Assembly: GCA_041288095.1 (NCBI GenBank)
Contig: JBGGMJ010000182.1
Location: 861-64,860, forward strand
Length of the DNA stretch: 64,000 nucleotides
Source of the DNA: Myxococcota bacterium
GTDB taxonomy: Bacteria > Myxococcota > XYA12-FULL-58-9 > JALHOP01
Reading direction: 5' to 3'
Shown: positions 39,016 through 48,944 of the stretch, piece after piece
Numbering within the stretch: the stretch's first letter is position 1
Layout of the letters: every line of letters begins with the position of its first letter
The notes under the pieces: model-generated
Told to the model about the DNA's origin: nothing
What the model saw: only the letters and a program-made list of their open reading frames with translations
Databases searched by the model: none
Made by a program: the position numbers and the translations under genes

Positions 39016-39686
39016 AGCAGAGCCCGGTCATCCTGGCGCTCGACGTCCCGGAGCGCGCTCGCACGCTCGAGCTGGCGAAGCTGCTCGGCCCCGAGGTCGG
39101 CATGGTGAAGCTCGGCCTCGAGAGCTTCGTCGCGCACGGTCCGGACCTGGTGCGCGCCGTCGTCGGCATGGGGCTGCCCGTTTTTCTCGACCTGAAGCTC
39201 CATGACATCCCGCGCACCGCGGCCGCGGCCGCGAAGATGGCGCTCGATTTGAAAGTAAAGCTCCTCACCGTGCACGCGAGCGGTGGCGCCGAGATGGTGC
39301 GTGCCTGCCGCGAAGCAGTCGGTGACGCCCTGCACCTCGTGGCGGTCACCGTGCTGACGTCGCTCGGTGACGATGATCTCGCTGGTGTCGGCTTCAGTGG
39401 ACAAGCGGCGACCGTCGCGGCGCGTCTCGGCAAGCTCGCCATCGACAGCGGCGCCCACGGCCTCGTCTGCAGCGCGCTCGACCTGCCGGCTCTCGCGGGC
39501 ATTGGCGGTACGCGCGTGGTGCCGGGAGTTCGTGCGGCCGCCGGCGCGATCCACGATCAGAAACGCGTGGCGACGCCCGCGCAAGCAATGAAAGCCGGCG
39601 CGACCTGGCTCGTCGTCGGCAGACCAATCCTCGAGGCGTCCGATCCCGTCGCAGCGGCGCGGGCCATCAACGCGGAGTTAGGGTAG
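39012..39686 (+). CDS. pyrF: orotidine-5'-phosphate decarboxylase
   Basis: 224 aa with ILALDV, MVKLGLE, FLDLKLHDIPRT and VVGRPI. Its GTG start overlaps the GDPD stop (GTGA). Confidence 0.85.
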   Translation: MKQSPVILALDVPERARTLELAKLLGPEVGMVKLGLESFVAHGPDLVRAVVGMGLPVFLDLKLHDIPRTAAAAAKMALDLKVKLLTVHASGGAEMVRACREAVGDALHLVAVTVLTSLGDDDLAGVGFSGQAATVAARLGKLAIDSGAHGLVCSALDLPALAGIGGTRVVPGVRAAAGAIHDQKRVATPAQAMKAGATWLVVGRPILEASDPVAAARAINAELG

Positions 39687-39693
39687 GGCCCCC

Positions 39694-40440
39694 ATGAAGG
39701 ACGCCGACCTCATTTACGGCCGCCATCCGGTCGGCGAAGCTCTGCGCAGCGGCAGCCGTCCCATTCAGAAGCTGCTGGTGGCCGAAGGCGCGAGCCTCGG
39801 TGACCTCCTCGAGATCGCCAAGCAGCGGAACATTCCCGTGCAGAAGGTGGGTCGCGGCAAGCTCGACTCGATGTGCGGTGGCGCACAGCACCAGGGCATC
39901 GTCGCCATGGTTCCCGCTTTTGCGTACAGCGACATCGACGATGTTATTGAAGCAGTTATGGAGCGAGGCGAGGCGCCGCTCATTCTCGCCTGCGATCAGA
40001 TCCAAGACCCGCACAACCTCGGCTCGCTGGCCCGCAGCGCTCTCGCCCTCGGCGCGCACGCGGTGGTGTTTCCCAAGGACCGAGCGGTCGAGGTCACCGG
40101 CACCGTCGTCAAGACGTCCGCCGGGGCGACTGCCCACCTGCCGATGTGCCGAGTAACCAACCTCCGCACGACCCTCGACCAGCTCAAGGAGCGTGGGCTT
40201 TGGGTCTACGGGGCGTCCTCCGACGAGGGCTCTCCAATCGCGGACACCGATTTCACGCGACCCTGCGTGATCGTCGTGGGGTCGGAGGGCGACGGTATGC
40301 GTCGGCTCACGATCCAGACCTGCGACGCGCTCGTACACATACCTATGAGCGGAAAATTGGGGTCACTGAATGCGGCGGTTGCCGGGGGCATCGTGCTATA
40401 CGAAGCTTCGCGACAACGTCGCATCCAAGGAAAGTCATGA
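39694..40440 (+). CDS. rlmB: 23S rRNA (guanosine-2'-O)-methyltransferase, SpoU/TrmH family (RlmB-like)
   Basis: 248 aa. An N-terminal SpoU_sub_bind-like segment (IYGRHPVGEAL) is followed by SpoU motifs DQIQDPHNLGSLARSA, VVGSEGDGM and IPMSGKLGSLNAAVAGGIVLYE. Confidence 0.8.
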   Translation: MKDADLIYGRHPVGEALRSGSRPIQKLLVAEGASLGDLLEIAKQRNIPVQKVGRGKLDSMCGGAQHQGIVAMVPAFAYSDIDDVIEAVMERGEAPLILACDQIQDPHNLGSLARSALALGAHAVVFPKDRAVEVTGTVVKTSAGATAHLPMCRVTNLRTTLDQLKERGLWVYGASSDEGSPIADTDFTRPCVIVVGSEGDGMRRLTIQTCDALVHIPMSGKLGSLNAAVAGGIVLYEASRQRRIQGKS

Positions 40441-41864
40441 GAGCATTGCTGCGCATCTTCCTCGTTGCCCTCGTCGCCGCGTTCAGCGCCCAGACTGCCG
40501 CTGCAGCGGACGCCGTTTTGGTGACCGCCCCGCGCGGCGTCCCGGCCAAGCTCGGGAATGCCTTCGTCGACACGGTGAAGAAGGGCGTCGCCGGCAAGGT
40601 CATCAAAGGCCCGGCGCTCAAAGTCAGCAAGATGAGTGACCGCACCCAGGCGCTCACCCAGGCGTGCACCGCCAAGCGCACCGGCTTCGCCGTCGATGCG
40701 GCGGTCGAGAAGAAGAGACTGACCGTCATCGTCATCTCCGCGAACGGCGACCTCGTGTTCGAGAAGGCCGCCGCCTACCCGAAGGCGCCCGCCAAGCAGA
40801 GGGCGGTCCTCCTCGAAGCCGCCAGAGGCGCGGCCGCGGCCATCAAGGCGTCCGCTCCAGCGCCCTCACCGACCCCAGCTCCGGCTCCCACCATGCCGGC
40901 CACGCCCACCGAGCCCGCAACCACGCCTCCCGCCGACGGTACAGCCACCGCCGATCCTTTCTCAGCCGGCGCCGCGCCGCCGTGGATGGCGACCCAACCA
41001 AGCGCCCCCAAGAGCGCCGAGCCGTTGCCGACGACACAGACGCAGACCAGCAGTGAAGCCGCGGCGAGTGAGCCGACGAAGAGCAAGTCGAAACGCGACG
41101 GCGGAGGCCGCGGTGAATTCCGCATCGCCATCGGCGCCCTCGGCGGCGGCTCCGGCTACAAGGAGCACATCGACACCTCGCGTGATCAAGGTGACCGCGA
41201 CGTGAAGATCTCGCTCGCACCGCACTTCGGTGGTCAGCTGGAGCTCGAGCACGCCGTGGGCTTCCGCCTGACGGCGGTGGTCGCCAAGCAGAAGGCGACG
41301 CTGCAGCCCGACATCACCGACCCGCAGGACATCGACATCGATCAGCTCATGGCCTCCGGCCGCATGTCGCTCGCTTTGACGGACGGCGACTTGCCCATCG
41401 CCATCGCCATCGGCGGCGGTTACGAGAAGCTCGACGCCACCGGTCAACCCGACATTCTCTGGGTTCCCTCGAGCAAGCTCATCGGCACCTTCGTTGGCGT
41501 CACGTTGTCGTCCGGCGACCTCACGACCGTCGGCTTCACCTTCGAGGGCGGCGCCGGCATCGTCCCCTGGGGTAAGCACACGCGCACCGCCGACACGGTC
41601 GAGCTGAGCTCACGCGCGCTCGGTGGCCAAGGTTGGCTACGCGGCCGCTATCAATTCCCCAAGGCGCTCGGCTCGAGCGCGGGCGTGTTCTTCGAGGCCG
41701 GCGCCAACCTCCGCTATCTGACGCTATCGCCCGGCAGCGTCGAGCTCCCCGCCGACGACGGCACGGTACGCACCAGCTCGCTGCCCGTGGGCGACGAGAA
41801 GAGCAACCGCTTCGACTACGGCCTTGGAGCGAGCATCGGCATCATGTGGCGCCCCGGCGACTAA
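40437..41864 (+). CDS. hypothetical secreted/outer-membrane protein with a Pro/Thr/Ala-rich linker
   Basis: The ATG at 40437 (ATGA overlap with rlmB) gives the signal peptide MRALLRIFLVALVAAFSAQTAAA. There is a central APAPSPTPAPAPTMPATPTEP linker. The C-terminal half is beta-strand-like and ends GASIGIMWRPGD. Confidence 0.5.
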   Translation: MRALLRIFLVALVAAFSAQTAAAADAVLVTAPRGVPAKLGNAFVDTVKKGVAGKVIKGPALKVSKMSDRTQALTQACTAKRTGFAVDAAVEKKRLTVIVISANGDLVFEKAAAYPKAPAKQRAVLLEAARGAAAAIKASAPAPSPTPAPAPTMPATPTEPATTPPADGTATADPFSAGAAPPWMATQPSAPKSAEPLPTTQTQTSSEAAASEPTKSKSKRDGGGRGEFRIAIGALGGGSGYKEHIDTSRDQGDRDVKISLAPHFGGQLELEHAVGFRLTAVVAKQKATLQPDITDPQDIDIDQLMASGRMSLALTDGDLPIAIAIGGGYEKLDATGQPDILWVPSSKLIGTFVGVTLSSGDLTTVGFTFEGGAGIVPWGKHTRTADTVELSSRALGGQGWLRGRYQFPKALGSSAGVFFEAGANLRYLTLSPGSVELPADDGTVRTSSLPVGDEKSNRFDYGLGASIGIMWRPGD

Positions 41865-43858
41865 AGCACGCGCGCTCGGCCCGCCTTCTTCGCCGCGTAC
41901 AAGCGTTCGTCGGCAACCCGTAGGAGCGCATCCGCCGTCTCCCCATCCTCCGGAAACGCCGCGACTCCGCCGCTGAACGTCACCTGAAACGTCCGCCCGT
42001 CGTCCGTATGAAACGGCATCCCGCCGAGCTCGTCCAACAAGCGCGTCACCACCTGCCGGGCCATGACCACCGGCGCGTTCGGCAACGCCACGACGAGCTC
42101 TTCGCCGCCCCAGCGCCCACGCACATCCTCGGTCCGCAACCGCGTCGCCAAAAGCTGCCCGGTCGTCGACAACACGCGGTCGCCCACGAGGTGCCCGTAG
42201 CCGTCATTGATCTTCTTGAAGTGATCGAGATCGAGCAAACAGATCGACAGCGGTCTGCTATAGCGACGGGAGTCGGCGAGCCTGCCTTCGAGCTGTTCCA
42301 GGAACGCTCGCCGCAGGGTGAGCCCGGTCAAGGTATCGCGGTCGGCTCGATCCCGTAGGAGCTTGGCCCGCTCGACCCGGACCTCCACGCGCGCCAACAG
42401 CTCCTCGTTGACCACGGGCTTCACCAGATAGTCGTCGGCGCCGGCCCGGAACGCGGCGATACGCTGCTCGACCGCGCTCTGGGCCGTCAGAAAGAGCACC
42501 GAAATATGCCGCCACTTGGCGCTGGCTCGGATCTGTTTGCAAAGCTCGAGCCCCGTCACCCCGGGCAGCAGCATATCGAGCAGCACCAGATCTGGGTTCA
42601 GCTCCTCGAGCATTGGAAACAATTGGGTCGGATCGGTGATGTGCCGCGCGGCGATACCGCGCGGACCCAAGACAGCGAGCACCAGCTTGCCGAACGTGGT
42701 GTCGTCGTCGACCACCAGCACGCGCGTCTGCTGCGGCCGTTGCTGTAACAAGCGTCCGAGTGCCGCCGCGATGATGTCGGCGCTCGTGTCCGACGGCATG
42801 CGCAACGAAGCACCGGCATGCACCGCTTGCGCCTCGGGAACCGCCCCCATGCGAGGCTCGAGCAGGGCAATGACCACGTTCTCCGCGCCGGGTACCGTGC
42901 GAAGCCCGCCGGCGATGCGGCTCAGCATCTCGTGCGGTCGATTGGTCATGTCGACGAGCACCGCCGCCGGTATCCGCGCGCGCGCTCGCTCAATGAGGTC
43001 CTTGGGCTCGATGACGTGCACCACGGCGTACCCATGGGCGCGGCCATGGTTGACCAAGTCGCGTGCCTGTTCCGGTGCGCCCCCGACCATGATGACGAGC
43101 TCGTTCGGCATGGTGCGGCTCGTCGGTAGAGCAGGGGGCTTCTGCGCCGGCGGCGCGGCGGTGCTGGATGAAGGCAAGCGCTTCAACGCCTGTTCGATGG
43201 TGGACCAGGCTGCTTTCGCGGCCTCCACCGGCAGCCCCTTCGCGGCAATCAACGCGTCTTCGATGAGCGCGGCGGCTTCGCTCACGGGGTGCAAACCGTG
43301 GGTCCCAGCCGAGCCGCGCATCTTGTGCGCACGCTCGCGCGCGTCGGCCCAAGCGGACTGATCGGCCGGGGCGCCGCGCGTCTTACCTACGGCAGCCGCG
43401 AGCTCGGCCACGTGCTGTGGGAGTCCCGCGGCATATTCGTCGCGGATCGCTTCGAGCTCGGCGGCGAGGTCGGCGTCGGCCGCGGGCGCCGCCTTGGCGC
43501 CGAGCAGCGCATCGATTTGCGCCACGAAGGCCCCGGCTTCGAGCGGCTTGTGAGCAATGAGCGCGACCCGCAGCTCGTCATTGAGTCGCTTGAACGAGCT
43601 CATGTCGCGATAGAACGAGGACACGAAGATCACCGGCACGTCCGGTTGGACCTGGCGCAGGCGTGGGATCCACAGGAGACCGTCCCCGTCGGGTAGGAGG
43701 CCGTCGATGATCACGGCCTGCGGTTTGTGCTGGCCGAGCGCCGCGATGCCTTCGCGACCGCTCGCTGCCTCGACGACAGTGTGGCCGCGCTTGGCGAGGG
43801 CCGCGACGATGATGCGCCTGAACTGAGCGTCGTCATCGACGAGCAGTACGAGGCTCAT
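41861..43858 (-). CDS. multi-receiver response regulator with an HPt-like segment and a GGDEF diguanylate cyclase domain
   Basis: 665 aa. REC1: VLLVDDDAQFR...IIDGLLPDGDG. HPt-like helix with His: RERAHKMRGSAGTHGL. REC: VLVVDDDTTFG...LLDMLLPGVTGLE...YLVKP. GGDEF domain with I-site-like RTED and GGEEL. Confidence 0.8.
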   Translation of the reverse strand: MSLVLLVDDDAQFRRIIVAALAKRGHTVVEAASGREGIAALGQHKPQAVIIDGLLPDGDGLLWIPRLRQVQPDVPVIFVSSFYRDMSSFKRLNDELRVALIAHKPLEAGAFVAQIDALLGAKAAPAADADLAAELEAIRDEYAAGLPQHVAELAAAVGKTRGAPADQSAWADARERAHKMRGSAGTHGLHPVSEAAALIEDALIAAKGLPVEAAKAAWSTIEQALKRLPSSSTAAPPAQKPPALPTSRTMPNELVIMVGGAPEQARDLVNHGRAHGYAVVHVIEPKDLIERARARIPAAVLVDMTNRPHEMLSRIAGGLRTVPGAENVVIALLEPRMGAVPEAQAVHAGASLRMPSDTSADIIAAALGRLLQQRPQQTRVLVVDDDTTFGKLVLAVLGPRGIAARHITDPTQLFPMLEELNPDLVLLDMLLPGVTGLELCKQIRASAKWRHISVLFLTAQSAVEQRIAAFRAGADDYLVKPVVNEELLARVEVRVERAKLLRDRADRDTLTGLTLRRAFLEQLEGRLADSRRYSRPLSICLLDLDHFKKINDGYGHLVGDRVLSTTGQLLATRLRTEDVRGRWGGEELVVALPNAPVVMARQVVTRLLDELGGMPFHTDDGRTFQVTFSGGVAAFPEDGETADALLRVADERLYAAKKAGRARVL

Positions 43859-44223
43859 GCGCGTGCCAACGCGGCTTTGATGTCGCGGTCCAAGGTCATG
43901 GGATCGAAGGGCTTGGTGAGCGCCGTCACCGCGCCGAGGCGCGTGAAGCGCTCGACTTCGGAGGCGATCGCTTTAGCGGTCAGGAAGATGACGGGGATGG
44001 CCGACGTCGCCGCGTTCCGTTTCAAGGCAGCAAGGGTCGTCGGACCGTCCATCAACGGCATCATGACGTCGAGCAGGATGACGTCGGGTCGATGCTTGGC
44101 GGCGAGCTCTAGCGCTTCCATGCCGTTTTCCGCCTCGAAGAGCTCATGTCCGCCGAGCTTGCGCAGGGCGAGGCCGGCGATGCGGCGGATGTCGGGCTCG
44201 TCGTCCACGATGAGGATTCGCAC
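43855..44223 (-). CDS. single-domain response regulator (CheY-like)
   Basis: 122 aa: MRILIVDDEPDIR...ILLDVMMPLMDG...LTKPF. It overlaps the downstream gene by 4 nt. Confidence 0.85.
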   Translation of the reverse strand: MRILIVDDEPDIRRIAGLALRKLGGHELFEAENGMEALELAAKHRPDVILLDVMMPLMDGPTTLAALKRNAATSAIPVIFLTAKAIASEVERFTRLGAVTALTKPFDPMTLDRDIKAALARA

Positions 44224-44231
44224 GCTGTCTC

Positions 44232-46775
44232 CTATGCCTTGAACATGTTCGGTGGCGCCGCGTTCGCAGGTATTTTCGTGGCTGCCTTACCGAGGAGCTC
44301 CTCGACGGCTTCCGTGAACTCGTCCTCGGAGACGCGTGACTTCGTGAGGAACCGCGTTGGTCCGAGGGTGAGCCGGTCACGCTCGTCGGCGTCGATGTCG
44401 CGTCCGCTATAGACGAGGAGCGGCAAGCGCTTCGCTCTGTCGTCGCGACGGAGTCGCGTGACCAGCTCGAAGCCATCGGCGTCGGGCAGGCCGATGTCGA
44501 GCACGAGGAGCGCCGGTAGCCGGTCGCGCATCATCGTCGCGGCGACACCCGCGGAGTTGGCGATGCGTGTGAAGATGCCTTGCTGCGCGAGCCTCAGCGC
44601 GGTGACCTGAGCGAAGGTGACGTCGTCCTCGACGAGGAGCACGTCCAATAGTCCGTGCTCGCGGACGGCGGTGACGATGCGTTGTCCGGCTCCAGGACCG
44701 CTGATGAGTCCCGCGAGGTCCCGTGAGCTGGCGTCGGGCGCGAGCAAGATGTGCTCGCCAACGAAAAACAAGGGCGTGCCGTGGATCGACTGCACGAAGT
44801 GAGCGGCTTCGAGCAACGAGGCGGCGGCGCCGGGATCAGCGGCCAGATCGAGCACCGCGACATCCGGCGGAGTCTTGCGCAGGTGGTGAACCGCTTCCTC
44901 GGGGTTAGCCGCGACGGCGATGTCGTAGCCTTTTTGCTCGAGGCTGGTCTCGAATCGCTGGCGCAGCGCCTCGTCGCCCTCGAACAACAAACCCAGCGGC
45001 TTCACCGCGCGCGGCATGCGGATGGCGAAGGTGCTGCCGAGGCCGACCTCGCTCATGACGCGAATGCTGCCGCCATGCTGGGTCATGATCGCCTTGGAGA
45101 TCGCGAGCCCCAAGCCGGTGCCACCCTTGCGCCGCGCGTCCGACGAATCGACCTGACGGAAGCGTTCGAAGATGAGCTCGAGAGACTCCTTGGGAATGCC
45201 GCGGCCCTTGTCGATGACGCGGATCTCGACTTCGTCTTCCACGATCGAGGCCTCGACGGCGACGGTGCTGCCGCCCGGCGAGAACTTGATGGCGTTCGAG
45301 AGCAGGTTCACGAGCACCTGGACGATGCGGTCGTCGTCGGCGTTGGCGACGGCATCGGTCGGGGCGACGGCAATCGAGAGGCCTTCTTGGTGCGCGAAGC
45401 CACGGAGCGCTTCGCTCGCGCGTTCCATGAGCGCTTGCACGCCGACCGGCGCGAACTGCATGTCGAGCTTGCCGGAGTCGAGCTTCTCGAGATCGAGAAT
45501 GTCGTTGATGAGGGTGATGAGGCGCACCACGTTGCGCTCCGCGATGTCGACGACCTCCTTGGCGTCACCGGGCAGGTCACCGAGCACGCCGGCCGCCAGC
45601 AGCGACAACGAGCCGCGAATCGAGGTTAGTGGGGTGCGCAGCTCGTGGCTCACGGTCGAGACAAACTCTTTCTTGAGACGCTCGACCTCCCGTCGCTCGG
45701 TGCTGTCGCGCATGTCGGCGACGTAGCTCGTCCCACCCGGCAGCTGTGCTTCGTAAATCCAGACGTCGCAGGGAAAGACCGTGCCATCGGCGCGGTGGCC
45801 GGTGCGTTCGCTGACCCGGCTCAGCATCGTCGGCACGACGTCCTTGAAGGACTTCGGATCACCCATGCTGCGCGCGTCGGTGAAGAGGTCCGCGGGCGTC
45901 TTCCCGAGAATGTTGCCGCCCTCGAGACCGAACATGCGCTCACAGGCGGTGTTGGCCGCGGTGATGTAGCCGTTCTTGTCGAAGACCGCGATACCGGACT
46001 GGAGCTGGCCGATGAGCGAGGTCGACCACTCTTCACTCTTGCGCAGCGCCCCCTCCATCTCGACGCGGTGGGCGAGCTCGCTCTTCAAGGCAGTGAACTG
46101 ATCGCGGATGACGCGGAAGGCGGGCCTGAAGACCAGAGTGCCCTGGTAGATGAGCATCAGCAGGATGGCGATGCAGAGGACGACGGAGAGGGTACGCACG
46201 CCCTGCACGTGCTCGCTCGCCGCTCGCTCGAAGTCGCGAACGACGATCTCCATGTTGGCGAGGAAGGTCGGCTCGTTGAGGAGGATCTGCCGCACCGGGC
46301 CTTCGAGCACCGTGGCGTCGGCGTCGGGATCGGAGAGGAGCTTCAGTAGCTCTTCGGTGCCGCCCACCATCGCGGACTGCGCGAACTCGAGCGACTTGAG
46401 GTCGGCGGCGAGGGTGCGCGCGACCGAGGTGTTGCGCGCCAAGCCTTCGGCGCTCTCGTTCAAGATCTGCGCGGCGCGTGTCCAGTCCGCCAACGCGATC
46501 GCGAGCTCGCCGCGCAAACGGCTGCGCGTGAACGAGTCCGGGCCCTGGCGCGACATCACCGCGACCTTGGCGATGCGCTGGCTGAGCATGCGTTGCCGGC
46601 CGGCGAGGTTGATGAACGGGCCGTCGTCGACTTCGCGTGCAAGGCCGGCCTGCAAGAGAATCTGGCTGGTGACCACCAAGACGGCAAGCACGGCGATGCC
46701 GATGCTGTGCATGCGATCGAGGCGCGGTAGGCGGCGCACCCCCGCGTCCACGGCGTCTGGTTTGGGCATCTCCAT
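44232..46775 (-). CDS. hybrid sensor histidine kinase (PilJ/NarX-type N-terminal sensor, PAS, HisKA, HATPase, two receivers)
   Basis: 847 aa. Sensor P-box-like INLAGRQRMLSQRIAK, a TM helix, and a PAS-like segment. H-box VSHELRTPLTS. N/G boxes LLSNAIKFSP, DKGRGIP, GTGLGLAISK. Two C-terminal REC-like domains (the last has LVLDIGLPDADG). Confidence 0.85.
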   Translation of the reverse strand: MEMPKPDAVDAGVRRLPRLDRMHSIGIAVLAVLVVTSQILLQAGLAREVDDGPFINLAGRQRMLSQRIAKVAVMSRQGPDSFTRSRLRGELAIALADWTRAAQILNESAEGLARNTSVARTLAADLKSLEFAQSAMVGGTEELLKLLSDPDADATVLEGPVRQILLNEPTFLANMEIVVRDFERAASEHVQGVRTLSVVLCIAILLMLIYQGTLVFRPAFRVIRDQFTALKSELAHRVEMEGALRKSEEWSTSLIGQLQSGIAVFDKNGYITAANTACERMFGLEGGNILGKTPADLFTDARSMGDPKSFKDVVPTMLSRVSERTGHRADGTVFPCDVWIYEAQLPGGTSYVADMRDSTERREVERLKKEFVSTVSHELRTPLTSIRGSLSLLAAGVLGDLPGDAKEVVDIAERNVVRLITLINDILDLEKLDSGKLDMQFAPVGVQALMERASEALRGFAHQEGLSIAVAPTDAVANADDDRIVQVLVNLLSNAIKFSPGGSTVAVEASIVEDEVEIRVIDKGRGIPKESLELIFERFRQVDSSDARRKGGTGLGLAISKAIMTQHGGSIRVMSEVGLGSTFAIRMPRAVKPLGLLFEGDEALRQRFETSLEQKGYDIAVAANPEEAVHHLRKTPPDVAVLDLAADPGAAASLLEAAHFVQSIHGTPLFFVGEHILLAPDASSRDLAGLISGPGAGQRIVTAVREHGLLDVLLVEDDVTFAQVTALRLAQQGIFTRIANSAGVAATMMRDRLPALLVLDIGLPDADGFELVTRLRRDDRAKRLPLLVYSGRDIDADERDRLTLGPTRFLTKSRVSEDEFTEAVEELLGKAATKIPANAAPPNMFKA

Positions 46776-47052
46776 TGGCGGGTCGCCCGGAGCTTAAACC
46801 CGAAGGGCGGGTGTTAGGAATGGCCGATTTGCTGGTTTTTGAGGGTTGGTTGCGAAAGAGCCCGTGTCCGCGATAACGTGCCGGTCGATCTCGAGCCGTT
46901 CGCGCGCGCCCGCTTTAGTAGACCGGCGACCGGGAATCCAAAAGGACCCCGTGGGGTTTCACTTGGAGTCTGAACAGGCGTCCGACGGTGTCCGACGATC
47001 GTGATTCCATGGGGTTGGAAGCCCTCGAACAGCGTGTCGGTAGGGGTTCGGC

Positions 47053-47081
47053 TTGACTTCAAAAATAGCGATCCCTATAAG
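47053..47081 (+). promoter_or_regulatory. sigma70-like promoter for the tRNA-tuf transcription unit
   Basis: TTGACT (47053-47058), a 17-nt AT-rich spacer, then TATAAG (47076-47081), about 65 nt upstream of the first tRNA. This is an unusually good consensus match in GC-rich context. Confidence 0.5.
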
Positions 47082-47145
47082 GCCGCGTTTCCAAAAGCGG
47101 GGCGAGTCCTTCATTGGACGAGTTTCCGCCGGACGAAAGCCCTAA

Positions 47146-47221
47146 GCTGGCGTAGCTCAATTGGTAGAGCACCTGATTTGTAATCAGAAGGTTGCGGGTT
47201 CAAGTCCCTTCGCCAGCTCCA
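47146..47221 (+). tRNA. tRNA-Thr (anticodon TGT)
   Basis: Acceptor GCTGGCG/CGCCAGC, D-arm GCTC-AATTGGTA-GAGC, anticodon loop TT-TGT-AA, T-loop GGTTCAAGTCC, encoded CCA. One 50:64 mismatch was seen by eye. Confidence 0.85.
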
Positions 47222-47272
47222 GGGCTGCCGTTGTTTGGAACGAGGTTAGAGAAGAAGTCGGATCCGCGAAGC

Positions 47273-47355
<83 letters not shown>

Positions 47356-47386
47356 TTCAGTTCGATGTTGCAGTTGGTGTCTTCGG

Positions 47387-47462
47387 GCGGGTGTAGCTCA
47401 GTTGGTAGAGCATCAGCCTTCCAAGCTGAGGGTCGCGAGTTCGAGTCTCGTCGCCCGCTCCA
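47387..47462 (+). tRNA. tRNA-Gly (anticodon TCC)
   Basis: Acceptor GCGGGTG/CGCCCGC (one G-U pair), anticodon loop CT-TCC-AA, T-loop AGTTCGAGTCT, encoded CCA. Confidence 0.9.
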
Positions 47463-47491
47463 TGCAGTTGGTGTCCAGTTGTTGGTGTTTG

Positions 47492-47567
47492 GCTCACGTA
47501 GCTCAGTCGGCAGAGCACTTCCTTGGTAAGGAAGAGGTCACCGGTTCAATTCCGGTCGTGAGCTCCA
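47492..47567 (+). tRNA. tRNA-Thr (anticodon GGT)
   Basis: Acceptor GCTCACG/CGTGAGC, anticodon stem-loop CTTCC-TT-GGT-AA-GGAAG, T-loop GGTTCAATTCC, encoded CCA. Confidence 0.9.
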
Positions 47568-47675
47568 TTCGAAGGCTTGCATGTGGTGCGCCGGATCGCG
47601 TAAAGGCGGGCGCCCGCTACGTGCGAGCGGATCGTTTCAAAAAGTATTTACTATCGGGCTGGAGGCCCTACAGCG

Positions 47676-48878
47676 ATGTCTAAGGAAAAGTTCAACCGCG
47701 CGAAGCCGCACGTTAACGTCGGCACGATCGGACACGTTGACCACGGTAAGACCACGACCACTGCGGCGCTGACGAAGATCTCGGCTGACCGCGGCATGGG
47801 CAAGTACATCGCCTATGACGAAGTGGCCAAGGCTTCGGCTGCTCAGGGCCGCCGTGACGAAACCAAGATCCTCACCATCGCGACCAGCCACGTCGAGTAC
47901 GAGACCGACAAGCGCCACTACGCGCACGTCGACTGCCCCGGCCACGCTGACTACGTGAAGAACATGATCACGGGTGCGGCGCAGATGGACGGCGCCATCC
48001 TCGTGGTCTCGGCCGCCGACGGTCCGATGCCCCAGACCCGTGAGCACGTGTTGCTCGCGCGTCAGGTCAACGTTCCGTACATCGTCGTCTTCCTGAACAA
48101 GGTCGACGTCGTTGACGACGCCGAGCTCCTCGACCTCGTCGAGATGGAAGTTCGCGACCTGCTCAAGGCGTACAACTTCCCGGGCGACACGACTCCGGTC
48201 ATCCGTGGCAGCGCGCTCAAGGCGATCAAGGGTGAGAAGGACGGCGTCGACTCCATCATGAAGCTGATGGACGCGCTGGACTCGTTCATCCCCGAGCCGC
48301 AGCGTCTGATCGACAAGCCCTTCCTGATGCCGGTCGAGGACGTCTTCTCGATCTCGGGTCGTGGTACGGTCGTCACCGGTCGTATCGAGCGCGGCATCAT
48401 CAAGGTCGGCGAAGAAGTCGAGATCATCGGTCTGACCGAGAAGAGCTCGAAGACGATCGTCACGGGCGTCGAGATGTTCCGCAAGCTGCTCGACGAAGGT
48501 CGGGCCGGCGACAACGTCGGTTGCCTCCTCCGCGGCACCAAGCGCGAAGAGATCGAGCGTGGCCAGGTTCTGGCCAAGCCCGGCAGCATCACGCCGCACA
48601 AGAAGTTCAAGTGCGAGGTTTACGTGCTGACGAAGGACGAGGGCGGCCGTCACACGCCGTTCTTCTCGAACTATCGTCCGCAGTTCTACTTCCGCACCAC
48701 GGACGTCACCGGTTCCATCAAGCTCCCCGAGGGGATGGAGATGGTCATGCCGGGCGACAACGTGAGCATGACGGTCGAGCTCATCACGCCCATCGCCATG
48801 GAGAAGGAAGTTCGCTTCGCCATCCGCGAAGGCGGACGCACCGTCGGCTCGGGCGTCGTTGCTGAAATCATCGAGTAG
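47676..48878 (+). CDS. tuf: translation elongation factor Tu
   Basis: 400 aa: [39 protein letters not shown], and the full EF-Tu domains II/III. Confidence 0.95.
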   Translation: MSKEKFNRAKPHVNVGTIGHVDHGKTTTTAALTKISADRGMGKYIAYDEVAKASAAQGRRDETKILTIATSHVEYETDKRHYAHVDCPGHADYVKNMITGAAQMDGAILVVSAADGPMPQTREHVLLARQVNVPYIVVFLNKVDVVDDAELLDLVEMEVRDLLKAYNFPGDTTPVIRGSALKAIKGEKDGVDSIMKLMDALDSFIPEPQRLIDKPFLMPVEDVFSISGRGTVVTGRIERGIIKVGEEVEIIGLTEKSSKTIVTGVEMFRKLLDEGRAGDNVGCLLRGTKREEIERGQVLAKPGSITPHKKFKCEVYVLTKDEGGRHTPFFSNYRPQFYFRTTDVTGSIKLPEGMEMVMPGDNVSMTVELITPIAMEKEVRFAIREGGRTVGSGVVAEIIE

Positions 48879-48886
48879 TATTAATT

Positions 48887-48930
48887 GGGGACATCAACCA
48901 TTTACGAAAAATGGTTGGTGTCCCCATTTT
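48887..48930 (+). terminator. rho-independent terminator after tuf
   Basis: GGGGACATCAACCATTT / AAATGGTTGGTGTCCCC forms a 17-bp stem with one G-U pair, followed by ATTTT. It starts 9 nt after the tuf stop and is AT-rich against the GC-rich background. Confidence 0.65.
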
Positions 48931-48944
48931 AGGGTTCGTGGTCT

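Noticed and set aside
40146-40436. N-terminal extension of the 572-aa ORF
   Set aside because: It overlaps the 3' end of rlmB out of frame. The ATG at 40437 yields a clean signal peptide and ATGA coupling.
46814-47062. 82-aa minus-strand ORF between the hybrid kinase gene and the tRNA cluster
   Set aside because: It has no RBS and atypical composition. It overlaps the region carrying the strong tRNA promoter, so it is more likely a divergent promoter region.
47637-48653. 338-aa minus-strand ORF
   Set aside because: It is antisense to tuf (EF-Tu), which is unambiguous.
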